Assembly: GCA_965656495.1 (NCBI GenBank) | Contig: CBFHKU010000005.1 | Span: 118,348 to 182,347, forward strand | DNA from: Coraliomargaritaceae bacterium | Lineage (GTDB): Bacteria > Verrucomicrobiota > Verrucomicrobiia > Opitutales > Coraliomargaritaceae | DNA: 64,000 nucleotides | Direction of reading: 5' to 3' | The notes under the pieces: model-generated | The model's input: the letters and a program-made list of their open reading frames with translations, nothing else | What the model was told of the DNA's origin: nothing | Databases searched by the model: none | Program-made: the position numbers and the translations under genes | Shown here: positions 11,662 to 25,996 of the stretch, piece by piece | Layout of the letters: each line of letters begins with the position of its first letter | Position numbering within the stretch: the first letter of the stretch is position 1

Positions 11662-12123
11662 CTAATCGGCTGCTTTGCGCAAGGGGCGGTCGATCTTGTT
11701 CTTCATGCGATCGAGGAGGCCGTTGATGAAGCGCTTGGAATCGGGGTTTGAGAAATCCTTACCGAGGTCAATGGCTTCATTGATGGTGACGATGGGGGGG
11801 ATGTCGCTGCGGTGCAGGAGTTCATAAATCGCGAGGCGCAGAATGGAGAGGTCGACTTTGGCAATGCGCTTGAAATCCCAGTTTTCAGCGAGTTCGACGA
11901 TCTCCTGATCCAAGGCATCAATGACCCGAATGACGCCGTGGATTAATTCTTCGGCAAAGGCGTAGTAGTCGCGTTTATGATCGCGATCCTCGAGGAAAGT
12001 CGCGACCGCGTCGTTCAATTCCTCGGGTTTGTTGAGTTCCCATTGGTAAAGGAATTGAATGGTGGCGATGCGATTTTCGCGGCGCTGCGAGGGTTTTTTT
12101 ACGGTTGGTTCGTTGTTTTCCAT
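11662..12123 (-). CDS. nusB: transcription antitermination factor NusB
   Basis: QRRENR...QFLYQ, ILRLAIYE, INEAIDL, FINGLLD. Confidence 0.96.
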   Translation of the reverse strand: MENNEPTVKKPSQRRENRIATIQFLYQWELNKPEELNDAVATFLEDRDHKRDYYAFAEELIHGVIRVIDALDQEIVELAENWDFKRIAKVDLSILRLAIYELLHRSDIPPIVTINEAIDLGKDFSNPDSKRFINGLLDRMKNKIDRPLRKAAD

Positions 12124-12578
12124 ATGGATTTAAGGTGTGCCATTTCGAGGGCCGCTTTGGCGAATTCGCGGCCCCGGTTCAGGGAACCCCGGCAGCGCGC
12201 CTCGGCCTGTTCCGGATTTTCGACTACGAGGATGCCGTTGATGACCGGAACCCCGGTTTGAATGCTGATTTGATGGAGGGACGCAGCGGTGCTTTCTCCG
12301 ATGAGGTGATGGTGTTGGGTATCGCCCGCGAGCACAAGGCCAAGCGCGATGACGGCATCGTATTTGCCGGAGCTCGCGAGGAGGTTCGCGGCGTAGGGCA
12401 ATTCATTGGAACCCGGGACACGGATGATCTCCGGCTCGGGGGCCTTGAACTCGGCGAGGGTAAGGGTGGCGTTTTGAAGGAGCGACGCGACCAGGTTTTC
12501 GTTAAAGCGCGCTGCAGCGATGCCGACATGCAGGTCATGTCCTTCAATGGATAGCTCACTTGGGTGGTGCTGGCTCAT
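12099..12578 (-). CDS. ribH: 6,7-dimethyl-8-ribityllumazine synthase
   Basis: ARFN, VPGSNELP, GDTQHH; start re-assigned to MSQHH (12578); 3' end overlaps the nusB start. Confidence 0.93.
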   Translation of the reverse strand: MSQHHPSELSIEGHDLHVGIAAARFNENLVASLLQNATLTLAEFKAPEPEIIRVPGSNELPYAANLLASSGKYDAVIALGLVLAGDTQHHHLIGESTAASLHQISIQTGVPVINGILVVENPEQAEARCRGSLNRGREFAKAALEMAHLKSIWKTTNQP

Positions 12579-12678
12579 ACTGCAACCATACAGGTCAGAA
12601 GCGTTGCCAATGGCAAGAGCGGGTTTTAGGTGGATTCCGTTATCGACCTGCGGCAGGAGATCGCACAAACCTTTAAAT

Positions 12679-13794
12679 ATGTTCAAACTAGGGGCAAAAA
12701 GCGGTGATGCGCGGTGCGGGATCTTATCCACCCGGCACGGGGAGATTCAGACTCCGATTTTCATGCCGGTCGGTACGCAGGCGACGGTGAAGGGCGTGAC
12801 CCCGGAGCAATTGGAAGCGATCGATGCGCAGATCATTTTGGGAAACACCTATCATTTGAACCTGCGCCCGGGCTCGGGTTTGGTGCAGGAAATGGGCGGG
12901 CTGCATCGTTTTATGGGCTGGAATAAACCTATCCTTACTGACAGTGGCGGCTTTCAGGTATTCAGCCTCTCCGAATTGCGCAAGGTGCGGGAAGACGGCA
13001 TCGAATTCCGTTCGCATCTGGATGGCGCACCGCTTTTTCTGGGGCCGGAATCCTGTTATCGGATTCAGGCGGAACTGGGGACCGATATTGCGATGGTGCT
13101 GGATGAATGCCCGCCCTTTCCCTGTGAACGGGACGCCTGCGCCGCGGCGGTCAAACGAACCGTTCGTTGGGCGGGGGAATTTTTAGAGCATGCGCGCCGC
13201 GATGGTTTTCTCGAGCGCGGGCATCATGTCTTTGGGATCATCCAGGGTTCGACTTTCGACGACTTGCGACAGGAGTGCGGCACCGCGCTCGCCGGGATGG
13301 ATTTCCCAGGTTACGCGGTGGGGGGCGTCAGTGTCGGTGAGCCGGAGGAGGAAATGTTGCGGCAGGTGTCAATTTGCGCACCGGTTATGCCGCTGGACAG
13401 GCCGCGCTATGTCATGGGGGTGGGCACGCCGCCCCAGTTATTGAAAATGATCGGGATGGGGATGGATATGTTTGATTGCGTGATGCCGACGCGCTTGGCG
13501 CGCCATGCGAATGTCTTCACACCCAACGGCCTGATCAATCTCAAGAACGAGCGTTTTAAGCATGACGCCGCCCCCATCATGGAGGCGAACAATTATACCT
13601 GTCGCCATTTCAGCCGCGCCTATCTGCGCCACTTGATTATGGCAAAGGAACTCCTCGCATCCACTTTGCTATCCATCCACAACCTGCATTTCTACCTCGA
13701 TTTAATGGCGCAGGCGCGGGCACACATTGAGGCGGGGGATTACGGGCAATGGAGCGCTGCGTGGATCGCGCGTTACGAAGCGGGCGAAGCGTAA
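12679..13794 (+). CDS. tgt: tRNA-guanine transglycosylase
   Basis: TPIFMPVGT, LGNTYHL, TDSGGFQ, DMFDCV; start re-assigned to MFKLG (12679). Confidence 0.96.
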   Translation: MFKLGAKSGDARCGILSTRHGEIQTPIFMPVGTQATVKGVTPEQLEAIDAQIILGNTYHLNLRPGSGLVQEMGGLHRFMGWNKPILTDSGGFQVFSLSELRKVREDGIEFRSHLDGAPLFLGPESCYRIQAELGTDIAMVLDECPPFPCERDACAAAVKRTVRWAGEFLEHARRDGFLERGHHVFGIIQGSTFDDLRQECGTALAGMDFPGYAVGGVSVGEPEEEMLRQVSICAPVMPLDRPRYVMGVGTPPQLLKMIGMGMDMFDCVMPTRLARHANVFTPNGLINLKNERFKHDAAPIMEANNYTCRHFSRAYLRHLIMAKELLASTLLSIHNLHFYLDLMAQARAHIEAGDYGQWSAAWIARYEAGEA

Positions 13795-13795
13795 T

Positions 13796-14416
13796 TCAGG
13801 GCAGGACGAAATCGGTTTCGTGCTGCAGCCAGTTGCAAATCGATTCGGTGAGGGCAATGGCGGTTTTAATTTTGTCCTCGCTCGCCTCCTCGGGGGTGGG
13901 TTGATTGAGCAGTTCTGTTGCGGGGGTTTTGAGACCAGCGGCAAGTTGCGGCCACCAGGATTCGCGGACGGGGTAGCCCTCGGCCTGTAGAAGACGGTAG
14001 AGACTTTTGAGGTGTACGATTTCCGGATAGGGGCGCTCGGCGAAGGCATCGAGGCTTTGCTCGGTCAGTTGAAAGAGGAGGGGATAGTCGCCCATGAGGG
14101 GAGCGTTACGGGCAATGAGCTTCACGAATTCCGAGGCGCAACGGAGGGTGCGGTAAGAAGTCCCGAGTTGGCTGCGGCGATGGAGGGTGCGGTAATCGCG
14201 CACAAAGCGGGTGTTTCCGTTGCGGGCGGTTTCGAGTTCGATCTCGGCGGTATCGAAGAGGTCGGGGGCGTTCTTGAGGGGGTTCTTTTTGGAGGCGCGT
14301 TTCAAGCACATGAAGCAACCGGACTCTGCGGAGAGCGCAGTGATTTTCTGATAGGATTCCCCGGAGGGGGCGAGGCTTAGGACGAGGGCCTGTTCGCTGG
14401 CGGCGGGTTGGCTCAC
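13796..14416 (-). CDS. recO: RecO-like DNA repair protein
   Basis: N-terminal OB-like segment (ALVL..GES), PDLFDTAEI, LYRLLQAEGYP; divergent. Confidence 0.65.
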   Translation of the reverse strand: MSQPAASEQALVLSLAPSGESYQKITALSAESGCFMCLKRASKKNPLKNAPDLFDTAEIELETARNGNTRFVRDYRTLHRRSQLGTSYRTLRCASEFVKLIARNAPLMGDYPLLFQLTEQSLDAFAERPYPEIVHLKSLYRLLQAEGYPVRESWWPQLAAGLKTPATELLNQPTPEEASEDKIKTAIALTESICNWLQHETDFVLP

Positions 14417-15093
14417 TGGGGTGCTTCGGCGGCGGGCGGGTTGTTGATGGTGACGGCTTCGCCGATGTTGTGCTGTGGCACGACTGCGCCGCCGGAGATG
14501 ATGAGTTTCATGCCCTCGGCGATGCTCATATCGAGGCGGGTGACATCCTCTTGTGGGAGCATGAGCAGAAAACCGCTGGTGGGGTTGGGCGTGGTGGGGA
14601 CGAAGACGTTGACGATTTCCTCCCCGGTTACGGATTGGGTTTCCCCCCGCGCCTTACTGGTCAGGAAGCCAAGGACATAGGATTTCTTGCGGGGGTATTC
14701 GAGCAGCACCACCTCCTGAAAGACCGCTTTCTTTTGTTGACTGAAGGTGTCGACGATTTGCTTAACGGTGCGATAAACGGTGTTGATGAAAGGCAGGTTG
14801 TCCAGAATGCGTTCAAAACTGCCGAGAATCATACGCCCAAGCACAAGGCGAGAACCATAACCAAAGAGGGTGATCAACAGGAGCACGACGAAAATTGAGA
14901 GCACCTCGAGTCCAAACTGCACGACCGGCATATCCCGCCATTCGGGATCGAGGTAGAAGAAAAAGAAATTACTCGCAGGGGTTCCGACTCGGTCGAGGAG
15001 GACATTAATAACTACAATCGTCACGCTCAGGGGCAGAATGACAATAACCCCTGTCAGGAATGCGTTTCGTAGTGAACGGAGGATAGCTTTCAT
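14413..15093 (-). CDS. DUF502 membrane protein
   Basis: FLTGVIVILP, VLLEYPRK, FVPTTPNPTSGFL, MKLIISGG; start re-assigned to MKAILRS. Confidence 0.9.
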   Translation of the reverse strand: MKAILRSLRNAFLTGVIVILPLSVTIVVINVLLDRVGTPASNFFFFYLDPEWRDMPVVQFGLEVLSIFVVLLLITLFGYGSRLVLGRMILGSFERILDNLPFINTVYRTVKQIVDTFSQQKKAVFQEVVLLEYPRKKSYVLGFLTSKARGETQSVTGEEIVNVFVPTTPNPTSGFLLMLPQEDVTRLDMSIAEGMKLIISGGAVVPQHNIGEAVTINNPPAAEAPQ

Positions 15094-15203
15094 TAGATGG
15101 TTTATAGAAAAGTTGGTATGAAGGCCTCGCAACTGTAATCGAATGAACTTTCAGTTCCTTATTGGAGTTGTGAAAGGCGTTTACGATTAGGGCTTGCCGA
15201 AAC

Positions 15204-17204
15204 TTGTATCGAAATTTAAATTTAATAATTATCGGAAAAGCACTAAATAAAATAGCTATAAATTATAAGAATATAATATACTGTTGTGGTGAAAGTGCGA
15301 CAGCTAGATTGCTTGGCAAGCAATTGGAGGCCACTGAAGGGGAACCGTATAAAGTCCATTTTGTAACCGAGATAAAGGCTTTGCAGGAGTTGGACATAGC
15401 GAGTGATTGTGATGCCCTCTTGGTGGATTACATCTCTTTTAGTAATGAATTTGAATCTATTCTTGGGTGGTTGAAGCGTGAGAAAGTCAGGCCCGCGATT
15501 CTGGGGATCTTTCAAAGGCAGGAGGATTTGAGTGATGCTGCGGACTTTGTAAGTGCCCTCGATGAATTTGTATTGCTGGATTCAATGCGCTCTGCTGAGT
15601 GCTTGCTGCGAATCGCGCGCACCATTGAACGCTGCGAGCGGGAGCGGGCTCTCGTGATGGACCAAAACCTCTTGCAGTCGTTACTGGAGAGCATTCCTGA
15701 TGCGGTCTATTTTAAGGATGATAAAAGTCGGTTTATGCGGGTCAGCAAGGCTATGCTTCTGAAGTATGGCAAAGATTTTGAAAGTATTCGTGGAATGACG
15801 GACTTTGATCTCTTTACCGATGAACACGCGCGACCGGCATACGAAGATGAAATGGAAATCATGCGAACCGGTAAGGCTATTGTGGGGAAGCTTGAAAAAG
15901 AAACTTTGAAGAGTGGAAAAGTGAAATGGGTGAATACCACAAAGGTGCCCTTGAGTGACGAGCGCGGGCGGATCATTGGCACCCTGGGAATTTCTAGGGA
16001 TATAAGTGATTTACAGGAAGCGCAGGAGAATCTACGGGCAGAACGCAACCTCTTTCGTTCTATCCTCAATAACCTCCCGGACCGCATTTATGTCAAAGAT
16101 TTGCAAGGGCAGTATTTGCGGGCAAATCCATCGCAGATTCAGTTTTTAGGGGCGCCTAGCGAAAAGGCTGTTATTGGAACCACCATGTTTGATCACCTGA
16201 AGGATGAAGCCTCACGCCGCGCCTTTGCGATTGAGGCACAAATCATCCGTGAAATTAAACCGCTTCTAAATAAAGAGTACTCGCATCTGAAAAGAAATGG
16301 TGAGTCGGTCTGGTACCTGACGAGCAAGGTGCCCTTCTTTGATGAAGCAGGTGAACTGGTCGGGACGATCGGGATTTCACGCGACATTACTTTTCAGAAA
16401 CAAACAGAACTGCGATTGCGCGAGGCGATTCAAACCCTCGAGGAAACGAAGTTGCAGATGATTGAAGTCGAGAAATTCAATACCATTGGGCGCATGGCAG
16501 CGGGGATTGCCCATGAAGTCAAAAATCCGCTCGCAGTGGTGAGCCTTGGATTGGAATTTCTTGAGGATAAACTCAAGGCTGAGGCTAAGCTTTCAGAATT
16601 GGTCATCGATATGAAAACCGCCATTGAAAAGGCAAACACCATTATTTTCGATCTCATGGATTACTCGGCATCCCGTGAAGATTCGATGGTTGCGCAGGAT
16701 ATTAATACCCAGATCAAGCGGATCTTAAAACTTATGCAGCACAACTTTGAGAAAGGTGGTGTGATGGTATGCCCCGAATTTTCAGAAGAAGCCCTCTGGG
16801 TTGAAATGGAGCCCTCAAGAATGGAGCAGGTCTTCATGAACCTCTTTTTGAATGCGCTGGCAGTGATGCCCCGGGGTGGCGATTTAACGGTCCGCACCCG
16901 AACCGAACGCTTGAAGCAAGCAGGTGCGAATGTTTCCGCAAAAATAACGGAACGCTTTCGGATCGGCGACCACTTGGCGATCATTGAGATCGAGGACAGC
17001 GGTTCTGGAATCGATCCGGCCCACGCTGATAAAATCTTTGATCCGTTTTTTTCAACCCGCTCAACTGAAGACGGAACCGGACTTGGGCTTTCCGTGACCC
17101 GCAACATCGTAGAAATGCACCGTGGTTTGATCACGCTGGAAAATCGCCTCGATCAACGCGGAGCCTGCGCAAGCTTGATTTTTCCAATCACCCAAAAATC
17201 ATGA
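15204..17204 (+). CDS. PAS-PAS sensor histidine kinase with N-terminal receiver-like domain (start uncertain)
   Basis: Two PAS/PAC domains, H-box AHEVKNP, N-box QVFMNLFLNA, DSGSG, GTGLGL. Confidence 0.9.
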   Translation: MYRNLNLIIIGKALNKIAINYKNIIYCCGESATARLLGKQLEATEGEPYKVHFVTEIKALQELDIASDCDALLVDYISFSNEFESILGWLKREKVRPAILGIFQRQEDLSDAADFVSALDEFVLLDSMRSAECLLRIARTIERCERERALVMDQNLLQSLLESIPDAVYFKDDKSRFMRVSKAMLLKYGKDFESIRGMTDFDLFTDEHARPAYEDEMEIMRTGKAIVGKLEKETLKSGKVKWVNTTKVPLSDERGRIIGTLGISRDISDLQEAQENLRAERNLFRSILNNLPDRIYVKDLQGQYLRANPSQIQFLGAPSEKAVIGTTMFDHLKDEASRRAFAIEAQIIREIKPLLNKEYSHLKRNGESVWYLTSKVPFFDEAGELVGTIGISRDITFQKQTELRLREAIQTLEETKLQMIEVEKFNTIGRMAAGIAHEVKNPLAVVSLGLEFLEDKLKAEAKLSELVIDMKTAIEKANTIIFDLMDYSASREDSMVAQDINTQIKRILKLMQHNFEKGGVMVCPEFSEEALWVEMEPSRMEQVFMNLFLNALAVMPRGGDLTVRTRTERLKQAGANVSAKITERFRIGDHLAIIEIEDSGSGIDPAHADKIFDPFFSTRSTEDGTGLGLSVTRNIVEMHRGLITLENRLDQRGACASLIFPITQKS

Positions 17205-17602
17205 AAAAAGATCAAAAAAATACTCCTTGTCGTGTTCTCGTCATTGACGACGAAGCGCCATTCACCCGCATGCTCAAAATGAATCTGGAAGACGGAGGGG
17301 ACTACTGTGTTGAGGTCGTTAACGAAAGCCCAAAGGCCTGCGCTGTAGCTCGTAGCTTTAAGCCAGATATCATCCTGCTTGATGTTGTTATGCCCGAAGC
17401 GGACGGCGGAGATGTTGCGACGCGCATTCGCGAACACCCCGCGACCGCTGGTATTCCCATCATTTTTGTCTCCGCGATGGTCTCGCGTAAGGAGTCGGGT
17501 GCGGGCCTCTACCAAAGCGGTGGAGAGCATTTTCTCGCGAAGCCTGTGAGCCGCAAGGTTCTCACAGATAGCATCAGTGAGGTTCTGGGGGGGAAGCATT
17601 GA
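17201..17602 (+). CDS. single-domain response regulator
   Basis: VLVIDDE, DVVMP, FVSA, LAKP; ATGA overlap with the kinase. Confidence 0.92.
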   Translation: MKKDQKNTPCRVLVIDDEAPFTRMLKMNLEDGGDYCVEVVNESPKACAVARSFKPDIILLDVVMPEADGGDVATRIREHPATAGIPIIFVSAMVSRKESGAGLYQSGGEHFLAKPVSRKVLTDSISEVLGGKH

Positions 17603-17605
17603 AAC

Positions 17606-17637
17606 AAAAAAGCCCCACCGGTGAAGGTGGGGCTTTT
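17606..17637. terminator. bidirectional intrinsic terminator
   Basis: AAAAAAGCCCCACC-GGTGAA-GGTGGGGCTTTT between the convergent response regulator and ppdK. Confidence 0.85.
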
Positions 17638-17656
17638 GAAATCGGTTTTGCCGGTA

Positions 17657-20395
<2,739 letters not shown>

Positions 20396-20519
20396 AAGTT
20401 GAGACTTTTGAGTCTGGTTGGATGGTTAGATCTGCGCCGATGTTCTTTATGCGCGCAGTAAAACAAAAACACAAAAATGAATCCGTCGCGGCTGTCAACG
20501 GATTAGCTCAGCGGTTGGA

Positions 20520-21068
20520 CTAAACCAAGCCTAGGACCATCTTACCGGTCTCGCTGATCATCTCTTGATGCCAGGGTGGATCCCAGACGATTTCGACGTC
20601 TGCGGTGGCGACACCCGGAACTCCTTCGAGGTGGGTTTTGGCGTCTTCCGCAATGACCGGGCCCATGCCGCAACCGGGGGCGGTGAGGGTCATTTCCATG
20701 CTGACTTTTTGGCCACCCTCGGGGTGGGCTTCCAGTTCAAGGGTATAGACCAGCCCGAGATCGACGATGTTGACGGGGATTTCGGGGTCGAAGACTTTTT
20801 TGAGGGCTTCCCAGAGTTGTTCTTTTTCAACGGGGACATCCGCGTTTGAACTTTTCCCGGCTTGTGCCTCGGGGTCAACTGTTTCGCCGAGGGCATCGGC
20901 ATTGGCCCCGCTGATGCGAAACATCCCGTTCATGGTCATCACGGTGAAGTTGCCGCCGAGGCGGTGGGTGATGGTGACGGACTCCCCTTCGGTGAGCGTC
21001 ATGGGCGTGCCTTGTGGAATGAGGGTCGCTTCCACTTCGCGGGTGAGGGTGCGTTGGTCTTCAGGCAT
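20520..21068 (-). CDS. sufT: Fe-S assembly protein SufT (DUF59, long form)
   Basis: [29 protein letters not shown]; downstream of sufD. Confidence 0.9.
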   Translation of the reverse strand: MPEDQRTLTREVEATLIPQGTPMTLTEGESVTITHRLGGNFTVMTMNGMFRISGANADALGETVDPEAQAGKSSNADVPVEKEQLWEALKKVFDPEIPVNIVDLGLVYTLELEAHPEGGQKVSMEMTLTAPGCGMGPVIAEDAKTHLEGVPGVATADVEIVWDPPWHQEMISETGKMVLGLV

Positions 21069-21082
21069 GATGCGAGGTTAGC

Positions 21083-22390
21083 TTATTTGATTTTGGCGTC
21101 AAATTTCTTGTGAATGAGTTGACGGAGGTTTTCCGCGAGTTCCTCGCTATCGACTTTTTCAATGACTTCCTCAAAAAAGCCGAAGACCATCAGTTGCATG
21201 GCGGCGCGGCGGGGGATGCCGCGTTGCATCATGTAGAAGAGTTCGTCGGGGTCGAGGTTTCCGGTGGTGGCACCGTGGGAACATTTGACGTCGTTGGCGA
21301 GGATTTCGAGGCCGGGCAGGGCGTTGGCCTCGGCGGTGGGGTCGAGCAGGAGGTTGCGGTTGGTCTGGTAGGCGTCGGTTTGCTGGGCTCCCTCCGCTAC
21401 TTTGATGAGGCCGGAGAAGATGCTGCGACTGTTGTCGAGGAGGGCGTTTTTATAGAGGAGATCGGAGACCGCGTTGGGGGCGTTGTGGGTCTGGAAGGTG
21501 CGTTGGTCAAACTCCTGCGTTTCCTCGGCGACGGTCAGGGAATACATTTTAACATCGGCGCCCGGGCCTTCGATGCGGGTTTGGTTTTCGTAGCGTGCGC
21601 GCTCCGCGCCAATGTTGACGGCGAGGTTCTTGATCTGGGCATCGCGCCCCGCGACGGTCGTATCGAGTTGAAAGGAGGTGGTTTGCTCGTTCCAGTCCTG
21701 CACGACTTTGCGGAAGACCTGGGCTCCGGCGGCGGCGTGGAGATTGGCGACCGCGATGTTGAGGGCTTGGTTTTCGGTGCTCTCAGAGAAGAAGATATCC
21801 ACCACGGAGGCCTTCGCATTTGCTTCCGCAATAATAAGGGTGTGGGGGAAGACCGCAGCCTTGGAGGCGCTGGTCCAGTAGTAATTGACGAAGGGTTTCT
21901 CGATTTCAACGCCCGCGGGAATAAAGAGCACCGATCCCGCACAGGCAGAAGCGGCGTGGAGCCCGAAGAATTTTGCGGAACCGAGTTCGGTGGATTCCTG
22001 GAGGAAGTAGCGCTCCATGAGTTCAGGGTGTTGCTCAATCGCCTCGCGAAGGGAGCAGTAGCGAACGCCCTGGGAGTGGAGTTCCTCGCTGAGGCCTTCA
22101 AAACCGACGGCGTGGTCGTCAACATAGACGGAGCGTCCGGCGTAGTCCGTGACAAGATTGGAACGCGCAAGCAGGGCGGCGGCGATTTCCTCGGAGGGGG
22201 CCTCGACGGGGGCGAAACCGTCAATATTCAGACGACCCACCGAGGCGAAGCGCCAGAGCTCATCATTGGGAGCCGGAGCGGGGAGGGCTTTGAATTGTGC
22301 GAGTCCAGCCTCGCGGCGATCGGCGAGCCATTGAGGTTCGTCTGTGGAGGAAGCCGGGTCTTGCATGGTGTTTTGGGAAAGCGTGTTCAT
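21083..22390 (-). CDS. sufD: Fe-S cluster assembly protein SufD
   Basis: [22 protein letters not shown]. Confidence 0.93.
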   Translation of the reverse strand: MNTLSQNTMQDPASSTDEPQWLADRREAGLAQFKALPAPAPNDELWRFASVGRLNIDGFAPVEAPSEEIAAALLARSNLVTDYAGRSVYVDDHAVGFEGLSEELHSQGVRYCSLREAIEQHPELMERYFLQESTELGSAKFFGLHAASACAGSVLFIPAGVEIEKPFVNYYWTSASKAAVFPHTLIIAEANAKASVVDIFFSESTENQALNIAVANLHAAAGAQVFRKVVQDWNEQTTSFQLDTTVAGRDAQIKNLAVNIGAERARYENQTRIEGPGADVKMYSLTVAEETQEFDQRTFQTHNAPNAVSDLLYKNALLDNSRSIFSGLIKVAEGAQQTDAYQTNRNLLLDPTAEANALPGLEILANDVKCSHGATTGNLDPDELFYMMQRGIPRRAAMQLMVFGFFEEVIEKVDSEELAENLRQLIHKKFDAKIK

Positions 22391-22416
22391 TGTGTTGAAT
22401 CCGGGATGGATGCGGA

Positions 22417-23835
<1,419 letters not shown>

Positions 23836-23855
23836 GTTGTGCGAGTGGTGGAGGT

Positions 23856-24614
23856 TTAGGCGGTGGTGGCAAAGGCTTCTTTGACCCAGTCATAGCCCTT
23901 GGCTTCGAGTTCGCGGGCAAGTTCGGCGCTGCCGCTGTGAACGATGCGTCCGTCAAACATAACGTGCACGACATCGGGGACGATGTAGTCGAGGAGGCGC
24001 TGGTAGTGCGTGATCACGAGGAAGCCGCGCTCCGGTCCACGCATGAGGTTGACGCCCTCGGAAACCGTTTTGAGGGCGTCGATGTCGAGACCGGAATCGG
24101 TCTCATCCATCACGCAGTAAGCGGGATTGAGCATGGACATTTGGAGGATTTCGCAGCGTTTCTTTTCTCCCCCCGAGAAACCGGCGTTCAGGGAACGCGC
24201 CGTGAATTTGCGATCCATTTTGAGGGCGTCCATTTTTTCGTAGAGTTCTTTGTAATACTCGACCGCGTTGATGGATTCGCCTTCGGGGAGACGCGCGGCA
24301 CGCGCGGCGCGGATGAAGTTGGCGATGCTTACGCCGGGGATCTCAAGGGGGTATTGGAAGGCGAGGAAGAGTCCCGCATGGGCGATCGCATCGGGTTCCT
24401 CGCCGAGGATGTTTTCGCCATCGAGGGTAATGCTGCCGCTTTCGACCTCGTAGTCCTCGTGACCCGCCATCACTTTGGCGAGGGTGCTTTTGCCGGTTCC
24501 GTTGGGACCCATGAGGGCATGGACTTCACCTTTCGGAATGGTAAGGCTGAAGTCCTTGAGAATGCTTTGCCCCTCGATGGAGACGTTGAGGTTTTTGATT
24601 TCGAGTGCGTTCAT
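23856..24614 (-). CDS. sufC: Fe-S cluster assembly ATPase SufC
   Basis: [32 protein letters not shown]. Confidence 0.97.
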   Translation of the reverse strand: MNALEIKNLNVSIEGQSILKDFSLTIPKGEVHALMGPNGTGKSTLAKVMAGHEDYEVESGSITLDGENILGEEPDAIAHAGLFLAFQYPLEIPGVSIANFIRAARAARLPEGESINAVEYYKELYEKMDALKMDRKFTARSLNAGFSGGEKKRCEILQMSMLNPAYCVMDETDSGLDIDALKTVSEGVNLMRGPERGFLVITHYQRLLDYIVPDVVHVMFDGRIVHSGSAELARELEAKGYDWVKEAFATTA

Positions 24615-24655
24615 TATATAGCTGGATAGATTTTAAAAGGGTTATATTTTTGGGC

Positions 24656-25075
24656 TCAGTTGGAATGACCGTTAAAGGCGATGTCGATGTGCTCGGCGCG
24701 GTAGCCTTGTGGCAGGGCGGCTTTGAGTTCCGACAAGATGTTATCGTTTAATTCGATGTCGATTACTTCGCCGGTAGCCTTGCAATAGAAATGGGCGTGT
24801 TGGGTAAGGTTCGGGCAATAGCGGGTGGGCTCGCGCTCAAAATTCACGGCGCGGATGAGGCCGCTTTCGGTGAGTGTTTCAAGACAGTTATAGACGGTGG
24901 CGAGCGAGATGGAGGGCATTTCGCGGCGGGCGCGGGCGTAGATTTCCTCAGCAGTGGGATGATCGCGCTTGTCGAGCAGGACCGAAAAAACCTGCTCGCG
25001 CTGTTTGGTGGCGCGCAAGCCGGAACGCTCGAGCGCATTCTCCAGCAGGGTCTTGTATTCGGCGTTGAGTTGCAT
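24656..25075 (-). CDS. Fur-family (PerR/Irr-like) transcriptional regulator
   Basis: [25 protein letters not shown]; start re-assigned to MQLNAEY. Confidence 0.9.
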   Translation of the reverse strand: MQLNAEYKTLLENALERSGLRATKQREQVFSVLLDKRDHPTAEEIYARARREMPSISLATVYNCLETLTESGLIRAVNFEREPTRYCPNLTQHAHFYCKATGEVIDIELNDNILSELKAALPQGYRAEHIDIAFNGHSN

Positions 25076-25095
25076 TTTTAAGGGTCTTTCGCGAC

Positions 25096-25110
25096 TGAGG
25101 CTAAATCTCA
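25096..25110. promoter_or_regulatory. putative Fur-family operator
   Basis: TGAGGCTAAATCTCA, imperfect 7-1-7 palindrome ~20 bp upstream of the regulator ATG; 14/15 identical to the site before feoA. Confidence 0.65.
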
Positions 25111-25156
25111 ATAAGGAAATTAGAATTAAACAAAGCTTGGGAGATTTTTCAAGTAT

Positions 25157-25177
25157 TATTAAGAATTATTCTAAATA
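25157..25177. promoter_or_regulatory. second AT-rich palindrome (Irr/PerR-box-like)
   Basis: TATTAAGAAT-T-ATTCTAAATA; 9 of 10 positions are inverted-repeat matches. Confidence 0.5.
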
Positions 25178-25246
25178 AAGGCAGTTTATTTCAAACAAGA
25201 GGCATCCGGGCTTGTGCGGGGGGACTGGAATTGCCATTTCAAAGGG

Positions 25247-25996
25247 ATGGCAGGATATCGTTCATTTTTGTTTCCGGAAGCAGAACTGGGAACGGAGCAT
25301 GCGGTTTTGGATGCGCGTGAGAGTCATCATTTGGTGCGGGTTTTTCGCGCGCAGGCTGGGGATTCGGTTGAATTATTGGATGGGCTGGGTCGTCGTTACG
25401 CGGGCCGACTGGTTGAGGCGAATGGCAAGGCGGCGCGGGTTGCGATTGAGTCGGTGACCGAGCACCTGCGCGAGCGGCCCCCGGTTACATTGGTACAGGC
25501 TATTCCAAAGGGAAAGGCGATGGATTTGATCCTGCGGATGGCGGCGGAATTGGGCGCGGCGGCGATCCGGCCGATTTTCACGTCGCAGGGCGAGGTGCAG
25601 CTTTCGGGTGATCGTTTGGCAGGCAAGCTGGAGAAATGGCGACTTGTGATGGTCGAAGCCTGCAAGCAATGCGGCTTGCCTTGGTTGCCGGAATTACATG
25701 CGCCGCAAGACTTTGGCTCCTGGTTTGCGGCGGGGGGATCGGACGATCGCTGCCTGCGGATGGTAGCGAGTCTGGGGGAGCATTCGCGTCCCCTGCAAAC
25801 GGTTTTGAGGGAACGTTCCGGTCAGGTTGAGGCGATTGAAATTGCGGTGGGTCCGGAGGGCGATTTCTCGGCAGCAGAGTATGCTGCTTTTGAGGGCGCG
25901 GGTTGGGAGGCGGTGCGACTGGGGGCGAATGTCCTGCGTGCCGAGACCGCCAGCGCGTATGTGCTCAGCGTGATTGATCAGGCGAAGCAAACCTAG
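25247..25996 (+). CDS. rsmE: 16S rRNA m3U1498 methyltransferase
   Basis: [32 protein letters not shown]. Confidence 0.95.
   Translation: MAGYRSFLFPEAELGTEHAVLDARESHHLVRVFRAQAGDSVELLDGLGRRYAGRLVEANGKAARVAIESVTEHLRERPPVTLVQAIPKGKAMDLILRMAAELGAAAIRPIFTSQGEVQLSGDRLAGKLEKWRLVMVEACKQCGLPWLPELHAPQDFGSWFAAGGSDDRCLRMVASLGEHSRPLQTVLRERSGQVEAIEIAVGPEGDFSAAEYAAFEGAGWEAVRLGANVLRAETASAYVLSVIDQAKQT

Noticed and set aside
12520..12731. Overlapping N-terminal extensions of tgt and ribH (likewise for purF, dtd, thioesterase, PH protein, ribB)
   Set aside because: Artefacts of longest-ORF calling; family homology begins at the downstream starts given in the features.
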